NCBI GenBank assembly: GCA_963712915.1
Contig: CAVQJQ010000005.1
Coordinates: 178,859-242,858, forward strand
Length of the DNA: 64,000 nt
Source of the DNA: an uncultured Actinomycetes bacterium
GTDB taxonomy: Bacteria > Actinomycetota > Thermoleophilia > Gaiellales > Gaiellaceae
Direction of reading: 5' to 3'
Under the pieces are notes generated by a model. It worked only from the letters and a program-made list of their open reading frames with translations, did not search any database and had not been told where the DNA came from. The stretch's first letter is position 1. Each line of letters opens with the position of its first letter. Shown here in pieces: positions 46,055 to 54,009 of the stretch. The position numbers were made by a program, and so were the translations under genes.

Positions 46055-48655
46055 ATGGAGCGCATGTCGTCCCACGCCCACGCCGGTCGGGAGCGCCTCG
46101 AGCGGCTGGAGCGGCGACTCGGGCCGAGGACGCGGAGCCGCGCGGCCTCGACCGCACTCGGGGCGTTCCTGGGGCTCGTCGGGGTCGCGCTCGGCGTTGC
46201 TCTGCTCGGTCTCACGTCCGGCGCCTCGTACGCGCAGCTCGTCGCCGCGGTCGCGCTCGCGATGGTGCTCGGCGGCGTTCCGGCGGGAGTCGCGGCGACC
46301 GTGGTCGGCTGGGGCTTGGGCGCGGTCGTCCTCCCCGACCCCCACTGGCAATCGGCGTTTGCGGACCGCGACGAGTTCCTGCGCTGGTCGACCTCTCTCG
46401 CCGCCGCCGTGGTCGTGGTGCTGGCCGGCTCCGCGATGCGGCGGGGTCACGAGCGCGCAGCGAGCGCTGCGCTCCAGGCGGAACGGTCTCGGAGGCGCTT
46501 GGAGGCGATCCAGGAGCTGACCGCGAGCCTCTCGGCCGCCGTCCGCCCGTCCGACGTGGCCGAGGCCCTCGCGCGTGGCGTCGCGGAGACGCTCGGCGCG
46601 CAAGGAGGCGCATTCGGGCTGATCGACGGCGACGAGCTCGTCGTCGTCGAGGCCGGCCCGGACGCGCCGCGGCGCGCCGTCGCGCCGGGGACGCGGATGT
46701 CTCTCTCGCTGCGCGCGCCGATCGCCGCCGCCGCCCGTGAGGGCCACACGGTGTGGGCGGAGTCGCACTCCGAGCTCGTTCGGGCGTTTCCCGACTCCGC
46801 CCGCCTCACCGGCAGCGCGCGCAGCGCGCTCGCAGTCCCGGTGCGCCGGGGCGACGCCGTGATCGGGGCGATGGCCTACGCATTCGCGGAAGCCGGCGCG
46901 GTCACGCTCGAGCGCCGCGCGGCAGCCGCGCTCGCAGCCGAGCTGGGCGCGCAGGCGCTCGAGCGGGCGCGGCTCTACGAGCTCGAGCGGCTCGAGGCCG
47001 AGCGCACGGGGCGGCTCCAGTCCCTCACTGCGGCCCTCGCGGAGAGCCTCGTGCCGGCCGACGTCGCGGCGATCGTGCGCGAGCACGGCATCGGCACCGC
47101 CGGGGCGGATGCGGTCGCCATCCATCTCGTCTCCGAGAGCGGGGACGCGCTCGAGCTCGACGGTGCGAGCGGCATGAACGCGGCCGGGCTCGAGCCTCTA
47201 CGGCGCCTCCCGCTCGAGCGCGACGGTGCGCTCGCGACCGCGTTCGTCCGGGGCCGAGCGTCCTTCCACCCATCGCTCGGGGCCCTCCAGCGCGAGGACC
47301 CGCTGCTGGACGCCCTCCGGGCCGACGGGATCGTCGCCGCGGCGGTCTTTCCCCTCGGCGCCTCGCGCCGGGTCCATGGGGTGCTCCTGCTCGGCTGGCG
47401 CGCAGCGCAGTCGCTGGAGTCCGACGAGCGCGCCTTCGCGGGCACGTTCGCGAGCCAGTGTGGCCAGGCCCTCGACCGCGCGATCCGGTACGAGAGCGAG
47501 CGGACGATCGCCGAGACGCTCCAGCAGAGCGTGCTGCCCGAGGCACTTCCCGAGGTCGAAGGCGTGGCATTCGCAGCGCGCTACCTGCCGGGCACGGCGG
47601 GTGTCGACGTGGGCGGTGACTGGTACGACGCGTTCACGCTCCCCGACGGCCGTACCGGTCTCGTGGTGGGGGACGTCGTCGGGAAGGGGGTGCGGGCGGC
47701 CGCCACCATGGGCCAGCTGCGCAACTCGCTGCGGGCGTTCGCGTCCGAGCACGACGACCCCGGCGAGGTCGTCGTCCGGCTCAGCCGCATGGTCACGAAC
47801 CTGCCCGAGGCGCCGTTCGCGACCCTCGCCTACCTGGTGCTCGACATCCCGGCGCGAACGTGCCGGTACGTGATCGCGGGTCACCCCCCGCCGCTCGTCG
47901 TGGAGCCGTCCGGGCCTCCGTCGTACCTCGAGGGTGGCACGACGCTGCCGCTCGGCGTCGAGGGCGACGTCCCGGTCGAGGTCGCGGACGCCGTGCTGGG
48001 AACGGGAGCGACCATCGTGCTGTACACGGACGGCCTCGTCGAGCGCCGCGACGCGACCCTCGACGACGGCTTCGAGCGGCTGCGGGCGACCGCCGGCTCG
48101 ATCGACGCCGGTCCCGACACGATGATCGACCACATCCTCCGCGGCGCGTTCCAGGGCGCGGAGCGCGACGACGACGTCGCGATCCTCATCGCCCGACTCG
48201 AGCCGCTGGCACTCGGCGTGCTCGACCTCACGCTCCCCGCCGATCGCGCAGGGCTGAGGCGCATGCGCGATGCGCTCGACAACTGGCTCGGGGAGCTCGG
48301 GGCCGGCGCGGACGTCCGTCACGACGTGCTGATCGCCGCGTGGGAGGCGTGTGCGAACGCGGTCGAGCACGCACAAGGCCCCGCGAGCGGGACGTTCGAC
48401 GTCCGCGCTCGTCATGACGAGGGCGTCGTTCGGCTCGAGGTGGCCGACACCGGCCGCTGGCGGGTGCCGGGCGGCCCGACCGAGGAGCGCGGTCTCGGGT
48501 TGCCCCTGATGCGTGGCCTGATGGACCGCGTCGACGTCGTGCACGCGTCCGGGGGTACGGTGGTCGTGCTCGAGCGCCGCCTCGAGCGAGCGGAGGGTAG
48601 GGCAGCGGCCGACCGCGTTTTCGACACGCCGTCGGCGGGTAGGAGAGGGCCGTGA
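46055..48655 (+). CDS. Membrane-anchored GAF-GAF-PP2C (SpoIIE/RsbU-type) phosphatase fused to a C-terminal RsbW-like HATPase domain
   Basis: TM helices near the N-terminus. PP2C motifs GVDVGGDWYD, VVGDVVGKG, LYTDGLVE, DDVAILI. C-terminal anti-sigma-kinase-like block ACANAVEHA...VADTGRW...GLGLPLM. Start candidates are GTG 46022, ATG 46055 and ATG 46064. Confidence 0.85.
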   Translation: MERMSSHAHAGRERLERLERRLGPRTRSRAASTALGAFLGLVGVALGVALLGLTSGASYAQLVAAVALAMVLGGVPAGVAATVVGWGLGAVVLPDPHWQSAFADRDEFLRWSTSLAAAVVVVLAGSAMRRGHERAASAALQAERSRRRLEAIQELTASLSAAVRPSDVAEALARGVAETLGAQGGAFGLIDGDELVVVEAGPDAPRRAVAPGTRMSLSLRAPIAAAAREGHTVWAESHSELVRAFPDSARLTGSARSALAVPVRRGDAVIGAMAYAFAEAGAVTLERRAAAALAAELGAQALERARLYELERLEAERTGRLQSLTAALAESLVPADVAAIVREHGIGTAGADAVAIHLVSESGDALELDGASGMNAAGLEPLRRLPLERDGALATAFVRGRASFHPSLGALQREDPLLDALRADGIVAAAVFPLGASRRVHGVLLLGWRAAQSLESDERAFAGTFASQCGQALDRAIRYESERTIAETLQQSVLPEALPEVEGVAFAARYLPGTAGVDVGGDWYDAFTLPDGRTGLVVGDVVGKGVRAAATMGQLRNSLRAFASEHDDPGEVVVRLSRMVTNLPEAPFATLAYLVLDIPARTCRYVIAGHPPPLVVEPSGPPSYLEGGTTLPLGVEGDVPVEVADAVLGTGATIVLYTDGLVERRDATLDDGFERLRATAGSIDAGPDTMIDHILRGAFQGAERDDDVAILIARLEPLALGVLDLTLPADRAGLRRMRDALDNWLGELGAGADVRHDVLIAAWEACANAVEHAQGPASGTFDVRARHDEGVVRLEVADTGRWRVPGGPTEERGLGLPLMRGLMDRVDVVHASGGTVVVLERRLERAEGRAAADRVFDTPSAGRRGP

Positions 48656-49032
48656 CTGCAGAGATGGACGATTCCCCGATCACACGCGAAGAGACCACTG
48701 CCGTCGAGGTGATCAGGCACTCCACGGACGTTGCGGTGCTCGTCGTGCACGGACAGGCCGACCTGCACACGGCGCCCGAGCTCCGCGAGCAGCTGCACGG
48801 GGCGATCGACGACGGTGCGTTCCACGTGATCGTCGATCTGACCGATGCGAGCTTCGTCGACTCGATGACGCTCGGGGTGCTCCTCGGCGGAGTCAAGCGT
48901 CTCCGGCCGCAGGGCGGTCAGCTCCGCGTCGTCGTCGACCAGCCAGGGCTGCGGAGGATCTTCGAGGTCACGCTGCTCGACCGGGTGTTCACGCTCGTCG
49001 AGACGCGCGAGGATGCGCTCGAGCGGCTGTAG
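48652..49032 (+). CDS. STAS-domain anti-sigma-factor antagonist
   Basis: GTG overlaps the upstream stop (GTGA), after GGTAGGAGAGGG. VLVVHGQADLHTAPELREQL...VIVDLTDASFVDSMTLGVLLG (phosphorylatable Ser in the DSM context). Confidence 0.85.
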   Translation: MTAEMDDSPITREETTAVEVIRHSTDVAVLVVHGQADLHTAPELREQLHGAIDDGAFHVIVDLTDASFVDSMTLGVLLGGVKRLRPQGGQLRVVVDQPGLRRIFEVTLLDRVFTLVETREDALERL

Positions 49033-49068
49033 AGGCGAGGGCGCGTCCCGACGCCTCCGCGGCGGACC

Positions 49069-49398
49069 TCAGGGAGACTCGCCGGGCTCGATGGTGACGA
49101 GCTCGTTCAACCCGGAGATCTCGAGCACGCGCGCCGTGGCCGAGGACGGGCGCGCGACGGCGAACGCGACGCCGGCCTCTTCCGCGCGCCGGCTCGCGTC
49201 TGCGATCGCCTTCAGCGCCGACGAATCGAGGAACGTGCACTCCTCCAGCCCGAGCACGATCGCCGCGCGTTCCGCGAGCGCGGCGTCGACGGCCTCGACG
49301 AATGCGCCGACCGTTGCCAGGTCCAGGTCGCCGCGCACCGAGATCCGTGTTCCGGCCCGCGACGGATGCGTCACGATCTCGAACTCCACACGCTCCAT
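49069..49398 (-). CDS. STAS-domain anti-sigma-factor antagonist
   Basis: Internal ATG 49398 of ORF 49069..49848. MERVEFEIVTHPSRAGTRISVRGDLDLATVGAFVEAVD...LEECTFLDSSALKAI... Confidence 0.8.
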   Translation of the reverse strand: MERVEFEIVTHPSRAGTRISVRGDLDLATVGAFVEAVDAALAERAAIVLGLEECTFLDSSALKAIADASRRAEEAGVAFAVARPSSATARVLEISGLNELVTIEPGESP

Positions 49399-49449
49399 CG
49401 GAGGCGAGTCTACGCGTACGCATCCCGGACGACGATCGGGAGGACCCGG

Positions 49450-49803
49450 GTGAGCGAGCTGGTCTCGCTGACGGTTCCGGCCGGCCGTGCCTGGAGCGGC
49501 GTGGTCGAGCTCGTGCTCGCGGGGCTCGGCGCGCGACTCGAGTTGCCGTACGACCGGATCGACGAGCTGCAGCTGGCGACGCGCACCGTGCTGTCCGACG
49601 CGGCCGGCCCGGAGGTGCAGGTCGAGGCCTTGGCGCGCGCCGACGCCGTCGAGGTGCGCGTCGGCCCTCTCGCGGCAGCGGCCGCCGCGGACCCTGCGCG
49701 CACGCGTGTGCTCGACGCACTTGCCGACGGCGTCGAGCTCGACCCGGTCGTCGAGGACGTGACGTGGGCCGTGCTCACGTTCTCCCGCGGTGGGGCCCGG
49801 TGA
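49450..49803 (+). CDS. Short UsfX/RsbW-like anti-sigma factor candidate (degenerate HATPase fold, no G-boxes)
   Basis: GTG 49450 is preceded by GGGAGGA. VSLTVPAGRAWSGVVELVLAGLGARLELPYDRIDELQLATRTVL... resembles the N-terminal half of anti-sigma kinases. It overlaps the sigma-factor start by 14 nt. Confidence 0.55.
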   Translation: MSELVSLTVPAGRAWSGVVELVLAGLGARLELPYDRIDELQLATRTVLSDAAGPEVQVEALARADAVEVRVGPLAAAAAADPARTRVLDALADGVELDPVVEDVTWAVLTFSRGGAR

Positions 49804-50548
49804 CGTGGCGCCGACCGAACAGCGCGTTCTCCTCGTCGCGTACCTCAAGGACGGAGACGTCCGCGCCCGCGACAGGCTCGTCGAGGACCTGATGCCACTC
49901 GTCCGCTCGCTCGCGCATCGCTACACGGGACGTGGGGAGCCGACTGAGGATCTCGTCCAGGTCGGTGCGATCGGCCTCGTCAAGGCGATCGACCGCTTCG
50001 ACCTCGACAAGGGCGTCGAGCTCTCGACGTACGCCGTGCCGACGATCGTCGGCGAGATCCGGCGCCACTTCCGCGACCGGACGTGGGCCGTGCACGTGCC
50101 CCGTCGGCTGAAGGAGCTCTCCATGCGGCTCTCTCGCACCCGGGACGAGCTATCGGCGGAGCTCGGCCGGTCGCCGACGGTGGCCGAGCTCGCCGAGGCG
50201 GCCGGCGTCGACGAGGAGGACGCGATCGACGCGCTCGAGGCGTCGAAGGCGTACGCATCCCGGTCGCTCGACCAGCCCTACGACGACGACGAGCCGGGTC
50301 GGGTGCCGGGCCTCGCCGACGAGGAGCTGGGCTACGCCGCGCTCGAGCGCGGCTCGGTCGTGCGCCAGGGGCTCGACGCGCTCGACGAGCGCGAACGGAG
50401 GATCGTCGTCCTTCGCTTTCTCCGGGGCATGTCGCAGTCGGAGATCGCCGCCGAGGTGGGTATCTCGCAGATGCACGTCTCGCGGCTCCTGCGGAAGGCG
50501 CTCGAGGTCATGCGGGGCAGGCTCGAGGAGCCGGAGGTGCCCGTATGA
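49790..50548 (+). CDS. SigB/SigF-family alternative RNA polymerase sigma factor
   Basis: Region 2 DLVQVGAIGLVKAIDRFD...YAVPTIVGEIRRHFRD. Region 3. Region 4 MSQSEIAAEVGISQMHVSRLLRKAL. Confidence 0.9.
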   Translation: MGPGDVAPTEQRVLLVAYLKDGDVRARDRLVEDLMPLVRSLAHRYTGRGEPTEDLVQVGAIGLVKAIDRFDLDKGVELSTYAVPTIVGEIRRHFRDRTWAVHVPRRLKELSMRLSRTRDELSAELGRSPTVAELAEAAGVDEEDAIDALEASKAYASRSLDQPYDDDEPGRVPGLADEELGYAALERGSVVRQGLDALDERERRIVVLRFLRGMSQSEIAAEVGISQMHVSRLLRKALEVMRGRLEEPEVPV

Positions 50549-50952
50549 GCGAGCGGGTCGTGCTCGAGGTGCCGGCCAAGCCGGAATACCTGCTGCTGGC
50601 GCGGCTCGCCGCCACCGGCGTCGCTCGCTCCGTGAGCGCCTCGGAGGAGACGATCGCGGATCTCAAGCTCGCGATCACCGAGGCGGTCGCGAACTCGGTC
50701 AGGCACGCGTACCCGTCGGGCGAGCCGGGGAGGGTCACGATCGAGCTGCTCGCGGCTGCCGATCGCGTCCAGGTCGTCGTCTCCGACACGGGCCGCGGCC
50801 TGGTGGCGCCGGGCCTGCCGCCGGTGCGTGACGGCGGCCCGGGCGAGGGCGGGATGGGCCTGTCGATCATTCGCGCGATCGCGGACGAGGTCGAGCTCGG
50901 GCCTGGCGAGGACGGACAGGGCACGAGGCTGCGCTTCGCGTGCGCTCTGTGA
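50545..50952 (+). CDS. RsbW-type anti-sigma factor serine kinase
   Basis: ATG overlaps the sigma-factor stop (ATGA). N-box TEAVANSVRHA, G-boxes VSDTGRG and GGMGLSIIRAIADEVE. Confidence 0.85.
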   Translation: MSERVVLEVPAKPEYLLLARLAATGVARSVSASEETIADLKLAITEAVANSVRHAYPSGEPGRVTIELLAAADRVQVVVSDTGRGLVAPGLPPVRDGGPGEGGMGLSIIRAIADEVELGPGEDGQGTRLRFACAL

Positions 50953-50971
50953 ACACGGCTCCAAGGCCGGC

Positions 50972-51319
50972 TCAGGTCGCCGCGAGCGCCGCGCCTCGGT
51001 CGTCGTAGAGATCGAATACCTCGTCGAGCCCGGTCAGCGCGAACGCGCGACCCACGAGCGTCGGCGGACGCACGATGCGCAGCCGCCCGCCGGCCTCGAG
51101 CATCCGGCGGTGCGCGCCGACGAGCACCCCTAGACCGGCGGAGTCGATGAACGTGATGTCGCTGAGGTCGACCACGACCGGCCCATCCCCACCGGTCGCC
51201 TCGTGCAGCTCGGCACGGAGCCCCGGTGCGGTATACGCGTCGAGGTCCCCGGTGGGGTGGATCAACCGTGTCCGCGACGGCCGTTCTCCGTCGGTCTCGT
51301 CGGCGTGCTCGCCGCTCAT
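50972..51319 (-). CDS. STAS-domain anti-sigma-factor antagonist
   Basis: 115 aa. HPTGDLDAYTAPGLRAEL...VVVDLSDITFIDSAGLGVLVGA. Confidence 0.85.
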   Translation of the reverse strand: MSGEHADETDGERPSRTRLIHPTGDLDAYTAPGLRAELHEATGGDGPVVVDLSDITFIDSAGLGVLVGAHRRMLEAGGRLRIVRPPTLVGRAFALTGLDEVFDLYDDRGAALAAT

Positions 51320-51388
51320 CTGCCTTGGTTGTACCGAGAAGAGACGGGCGGGGTCGTCAGCCGTGAGCCGTCACAGATCAGCCTCCGG

Positions 51389-51634
51389 TCAGTCGATCCG
51401 CTCTTCGCGGACGACCGTGCCGTCGGGGCCGCTCTCGACCGCACGCCGGCGCCTGCCGCCCACGCCCCCCCAGCTCGACCAGAACACGAGGGAAAGCAAG
51501 AGGCCCACGACTCCGACCACCATCAAGATCACTCCGACCGTCTGGAGATCCACTCCCGACGTGTCGGCGCTGACCGCCCACGCGAGGATTGCCCCGCCGG
51601 CGATCAAGAGCAAGCTGACGCTGACGCCCATCAT
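51389..51634 (-). CDS. Small two-TM membrane protein (DUF6458-like)
   Basis: AAGGAG Shine-Dalgarno sequence before the ATGATG at 51634. MMGVSVSLLLIAGGAILAWAV...VGVILMVVGVVGLLLSLVFW. The N-terminal 18 codons of the tracked ORF were rejected. Confidence 0.6.
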   Translation of the reverse strand: MMGVSVSLLLIAGGAILAWAVSADTSGVDLQTVGVILMVVGVVGLLLSLVFWSSWGGVGGRRRRAVESGPDGTVVREERID

Positions 51635-51776
51635 CGACTCCTTCTCCGTGGCTCTCGGTGAACGAGCGGGTCGTGCCCCGGCCAGCATTCGCGTGGCCGG
51701 GTGACCGACGCACTCGGCGCGAGCGTTCCCGTTCTCGGGGGGCGCGAAACATCACGGTCGGCGGGCCGCCGGGCAC

Positions 51777-51808
51777 CTGCGGGGGGCGGAGCCGCCCGCC
51801 CCCCGCAG
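51777..51808 (-). terminator. 13-bp GC-rich hairpin 8 nt downstream of the glycoside-hydrolase-like gene (terminator or mRNA-stabilising stem; no U-tract)
   Basis: CTGCGGGGGGCGG-AGCCGC-CCGCCCCCCGCAG. All 13 stem positions pair by hand. Confidence 0.45.
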
Positions 51809-51815
51809 AAGACCC

Positions 51816-53234
51816 TCAGGCGCCGGTGATCGTGATCGTGCGGACGATCTCGGCCGTCGTGGCCGTGTTCGCCGCGACCTCGACCTTGAAGGTCTTCTTC
51901 TTCGCGATCGTCAGCCCGTTGACGCGGACCCGCACGGTGCAGTCGATCCCGAGGGGAGAGGCGCCCTGGCCGACGGAGAGCAGCTTGCCCGCCTGGAAGC
52001 CGCGCACCGTATAGCCCACGGTCGTGCCGGACGCGTTGTTCGCGCAGTACTCACGCAGGTACACCGTGACGAGCGGGTTACGGGTCCCGCCCTTCACGGT
52101 CATCTTGCCGTTGACGGGGTCGAGTGGCGCCGCGACCCTGCCGAAGCGCGACGCGGCGGGCTTGGCGCTTCCGTCGAGCCGGTAGATGCCGCTCTGCCAG
52201 AGGCTCCCGTTCGAGTCCTGCATCACGAACCACACGAACATGCCGACCCGCGGATCCTTGCGAGCGAGCGCGATCGCCTGCGGGAGGTACTTGGCCTGCT
52301 GCGCCTCCGTGACGCCGTGGGGCTCACCCGGCTTCGTCTCGTTGCCGTACTCCGTGATCCAGACCGGCGTGTTCTTCCGGTGGAACGCCTTGTCGAGGTC
52401 CTTCTCGAACCGCGGCATCGTGGTCAGCGTGACGTTCGGATAGCGCACCTTCTGGGTCGGCTTCTGGGCGACCGGGAACGGATACGGGTGGTGCGCCCAG
52501 GCGTCGAACTTGAGCTTGAGCCGCTTCGCCTGGGACGCGACGCCCTTCATGAACGTCGCCGGCGCGACCGTGTCGGTGAGGCCCTTCTTGGGATGGTCAC
52601 GGCCGTGCGAGGACGTCTCGCCGATCGCGACGAGCGCGCTCCGGTTGCCCTGCTTGATGCCGGTGTACCCGGCCTTCGCGAGGCGCGCGTAGTTGCGCGT
52701 GCTGACGATCGCGCCCTTCGCGTTGAACTGGGGGCGCAGGAACGTCGCGAGGTTCGACTCGTTCCAGATCGAGAAGAAGCGCACGTACGGGTACCCGGAG
52801 TAGCGGCCCGAGTAGCGCGACGCGATCGCGCGGGCGAAGTTCTGGAAGTCCGTCATGTTGCGCGGCACTACCTGGGGCGCCTGGCCGCCGTTGGCCCACT
52901 TCGGCGTGCCCCAGAGCGTGATCAGCACCTCCATGCCGCGCTGCTGCGCGTTGCGGACGAGGTCGTCCACGTCGTCGAACTTGTAGGCGGGGTCGAACGG
53001 GTTCGCCGCGCTCGCGGGGCGCTCCGGGGCGACCTGCGACCAGTCGACAACCGTCCTCACGATCCGTGCGTCGTTGCCACGTGCCCGGTCCAGCGCCGCG
53101 CTCTTTTCGGGATCCCAGCGGAACATGGGGTCGTCCTGGAAGCCGACCCACATTCGGTCGGCGGCCGCGGCTGTCGGGGCGAGCACGGCGGCGGCGAGGC
53201 AGGCGATGAAGATCAGGCGGAAGGGAAAACGCAC
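51816..53234 (-). CDS. Secreted glycoside-hydrolase-like protein (TIM-barrel GH5/GH39-type) with a C-terminal beta-rich domain
   Basis: An AAGGAGG Shine-Dalgarno sequence lies 5 nt before GTG 53234. Signal peptide VRFPFRLIFIACLAAAVLAPTAAAA. WNESN (acid/base region) and WITEYG (nucleophile region). GC is lower than in the neighbouring genes. Confidence 0.75.
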   Translation of the reverse strand: MRFPFRLIFIACLAAAVLAPTAAAADRMWVGFQDDPMFRWDPEKSAALDRARGNDARIVRTVVDWSQVAPERPASAANPFDPAYKFDDVDDLVRNAQQRGMEVLITLWGTPKWANGGQAPQVVPRNMTDFQNFARAIASRYSGRYSGYPYVRFFSIWNESNLATFLRPQFNAKGAIVSTRNYARLAKAGYTGIKQGNRSALVAIGETSSHGRDHPKKGLTDTVAPATFMKGVASQAKRLKLKFDAWAHHPYPFPVAQKPTQKVRYPNVTLTTMPRFEKDLDKAFHRKNTPVWITEYGNETKPGEPHGVTEAQQAKYLPQAIALARKDPRVGMFVWFVMQDSNGSLWQSGIYRLDGSAKPAASRFGRVAAPLDPVNGKMTVKGGTRNPLVTVYLREYCANNASGTTVGYTVRGFQAGKLLSVGQGASPLGIDCTVRVRVNGLTIAKKKTFKVEVAANTATTAEIVRTITITGA

Positions 53235-53385
53235 GAGAACCTCCTTGGGGGGGCGGGGAGTAGGGCGCACCGTAGCCCCGCCGCGTAAGGGGGGTGTGAA
53301 GGTGTCCTGGGAACGTTCGCGGCGGCGCCCGAATCACCTGTCTCGCTCCAGCAGGGCGTACAGGTGATCGCGTAGACTCGGGGCG

Positions 53386-53664
53386 ATGCTCTGGGAGATC
53401 GTCTTCCTGCTGCTCGTGTTGAAGATCCCGATCGTCTACATGTGCCTCGTGGTTTGGTGGGCGATCAGGGCCGAGCCGCGCGAGGAGCAGCCCGCGTCGC
53501 TCGTGCGGGTCAGCGACACGCCCTCGCCGCCGCCGCCCTCGGTCCCGACCGCGGGCAGAGCGCGCGGGGGGCCGCGCGGGCCCCGGCGGAAAGACGACGG
53601 CCGCGCCCGACATGATCGCCTCGGGCCGCGCCCAGTGGCAGCTCGTGGTGAGGCACGACGATGA
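53386..53664 (+). CDS. Small membrane protein (92 aa); the C-terminal part is uncertain
   Basis: MLWEIVFLLLVLKIPIVYMCLVVWWAIRA is a TM helix followed by a Pro/Arg-rich tail. GC3 drops in the last ~25 codons while another frame improves, so a further indel is possible. Confidence 0.45.
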   Translation: MLWEIVFLLLVLKIPIVYMCLVVWWAIRAEPREEQPASLVRVSDTPSPPPPSVPTAGRARGGPRGPRRKDDGRARHDRLGPRPVAARGEARR

Positions 53665-53954
53665 GCGCCCTCGAGCAACGACCCGCTGGGCGGCGCGGCG
53701 CGACCGACACCGTCGCCGGCCTGCTCGCCGCCTCCTCGATCGTCCTCTCGGCGATCGCGATGGGGTTCGGCCTGCTCCTGCAGCTCCACGCGCACCCCGC
53801 GCGGATCGCGCCGGTCGCGATCCTGCTCGCGCTCGTCGCGGCGCGGATGAGCGAGCGGTACCAGTCGCTCGCGCTCAAGGCCGCGCTGTTCGGCGGCGTC
53901 GCGTGGGTGGTCGGGATGACGGTCGCGATCGTCACCGACGGCGCGCTCCTCTGA
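53661..53954 (+). CDS. Small membrane protein (97 aa)
   Basis: ATG overlaps the upstream stop (ATGA). Three hydrophobic helices (LLAASSIVLSAIAMGFGLLL, IAPVAILLALVAA, LFGGVAWVVGMTVAIV). GC3 is high. Confidence 0.6.
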   Translation: MSALEQRPAGRRGATDTVAGLLAASSIVLSAIAMGFGLLLQLHAHPARIAPVAILLALVAARMSERYQSLALKAALFGGVAWVVGMTVAIVTDGALL

Positions 53955-54009
53955 GCCTTCGACATCGGGCGCGGCCGGGCTCCGGCGCCGCTGCTACAAC
54001 ACGTCGGGG

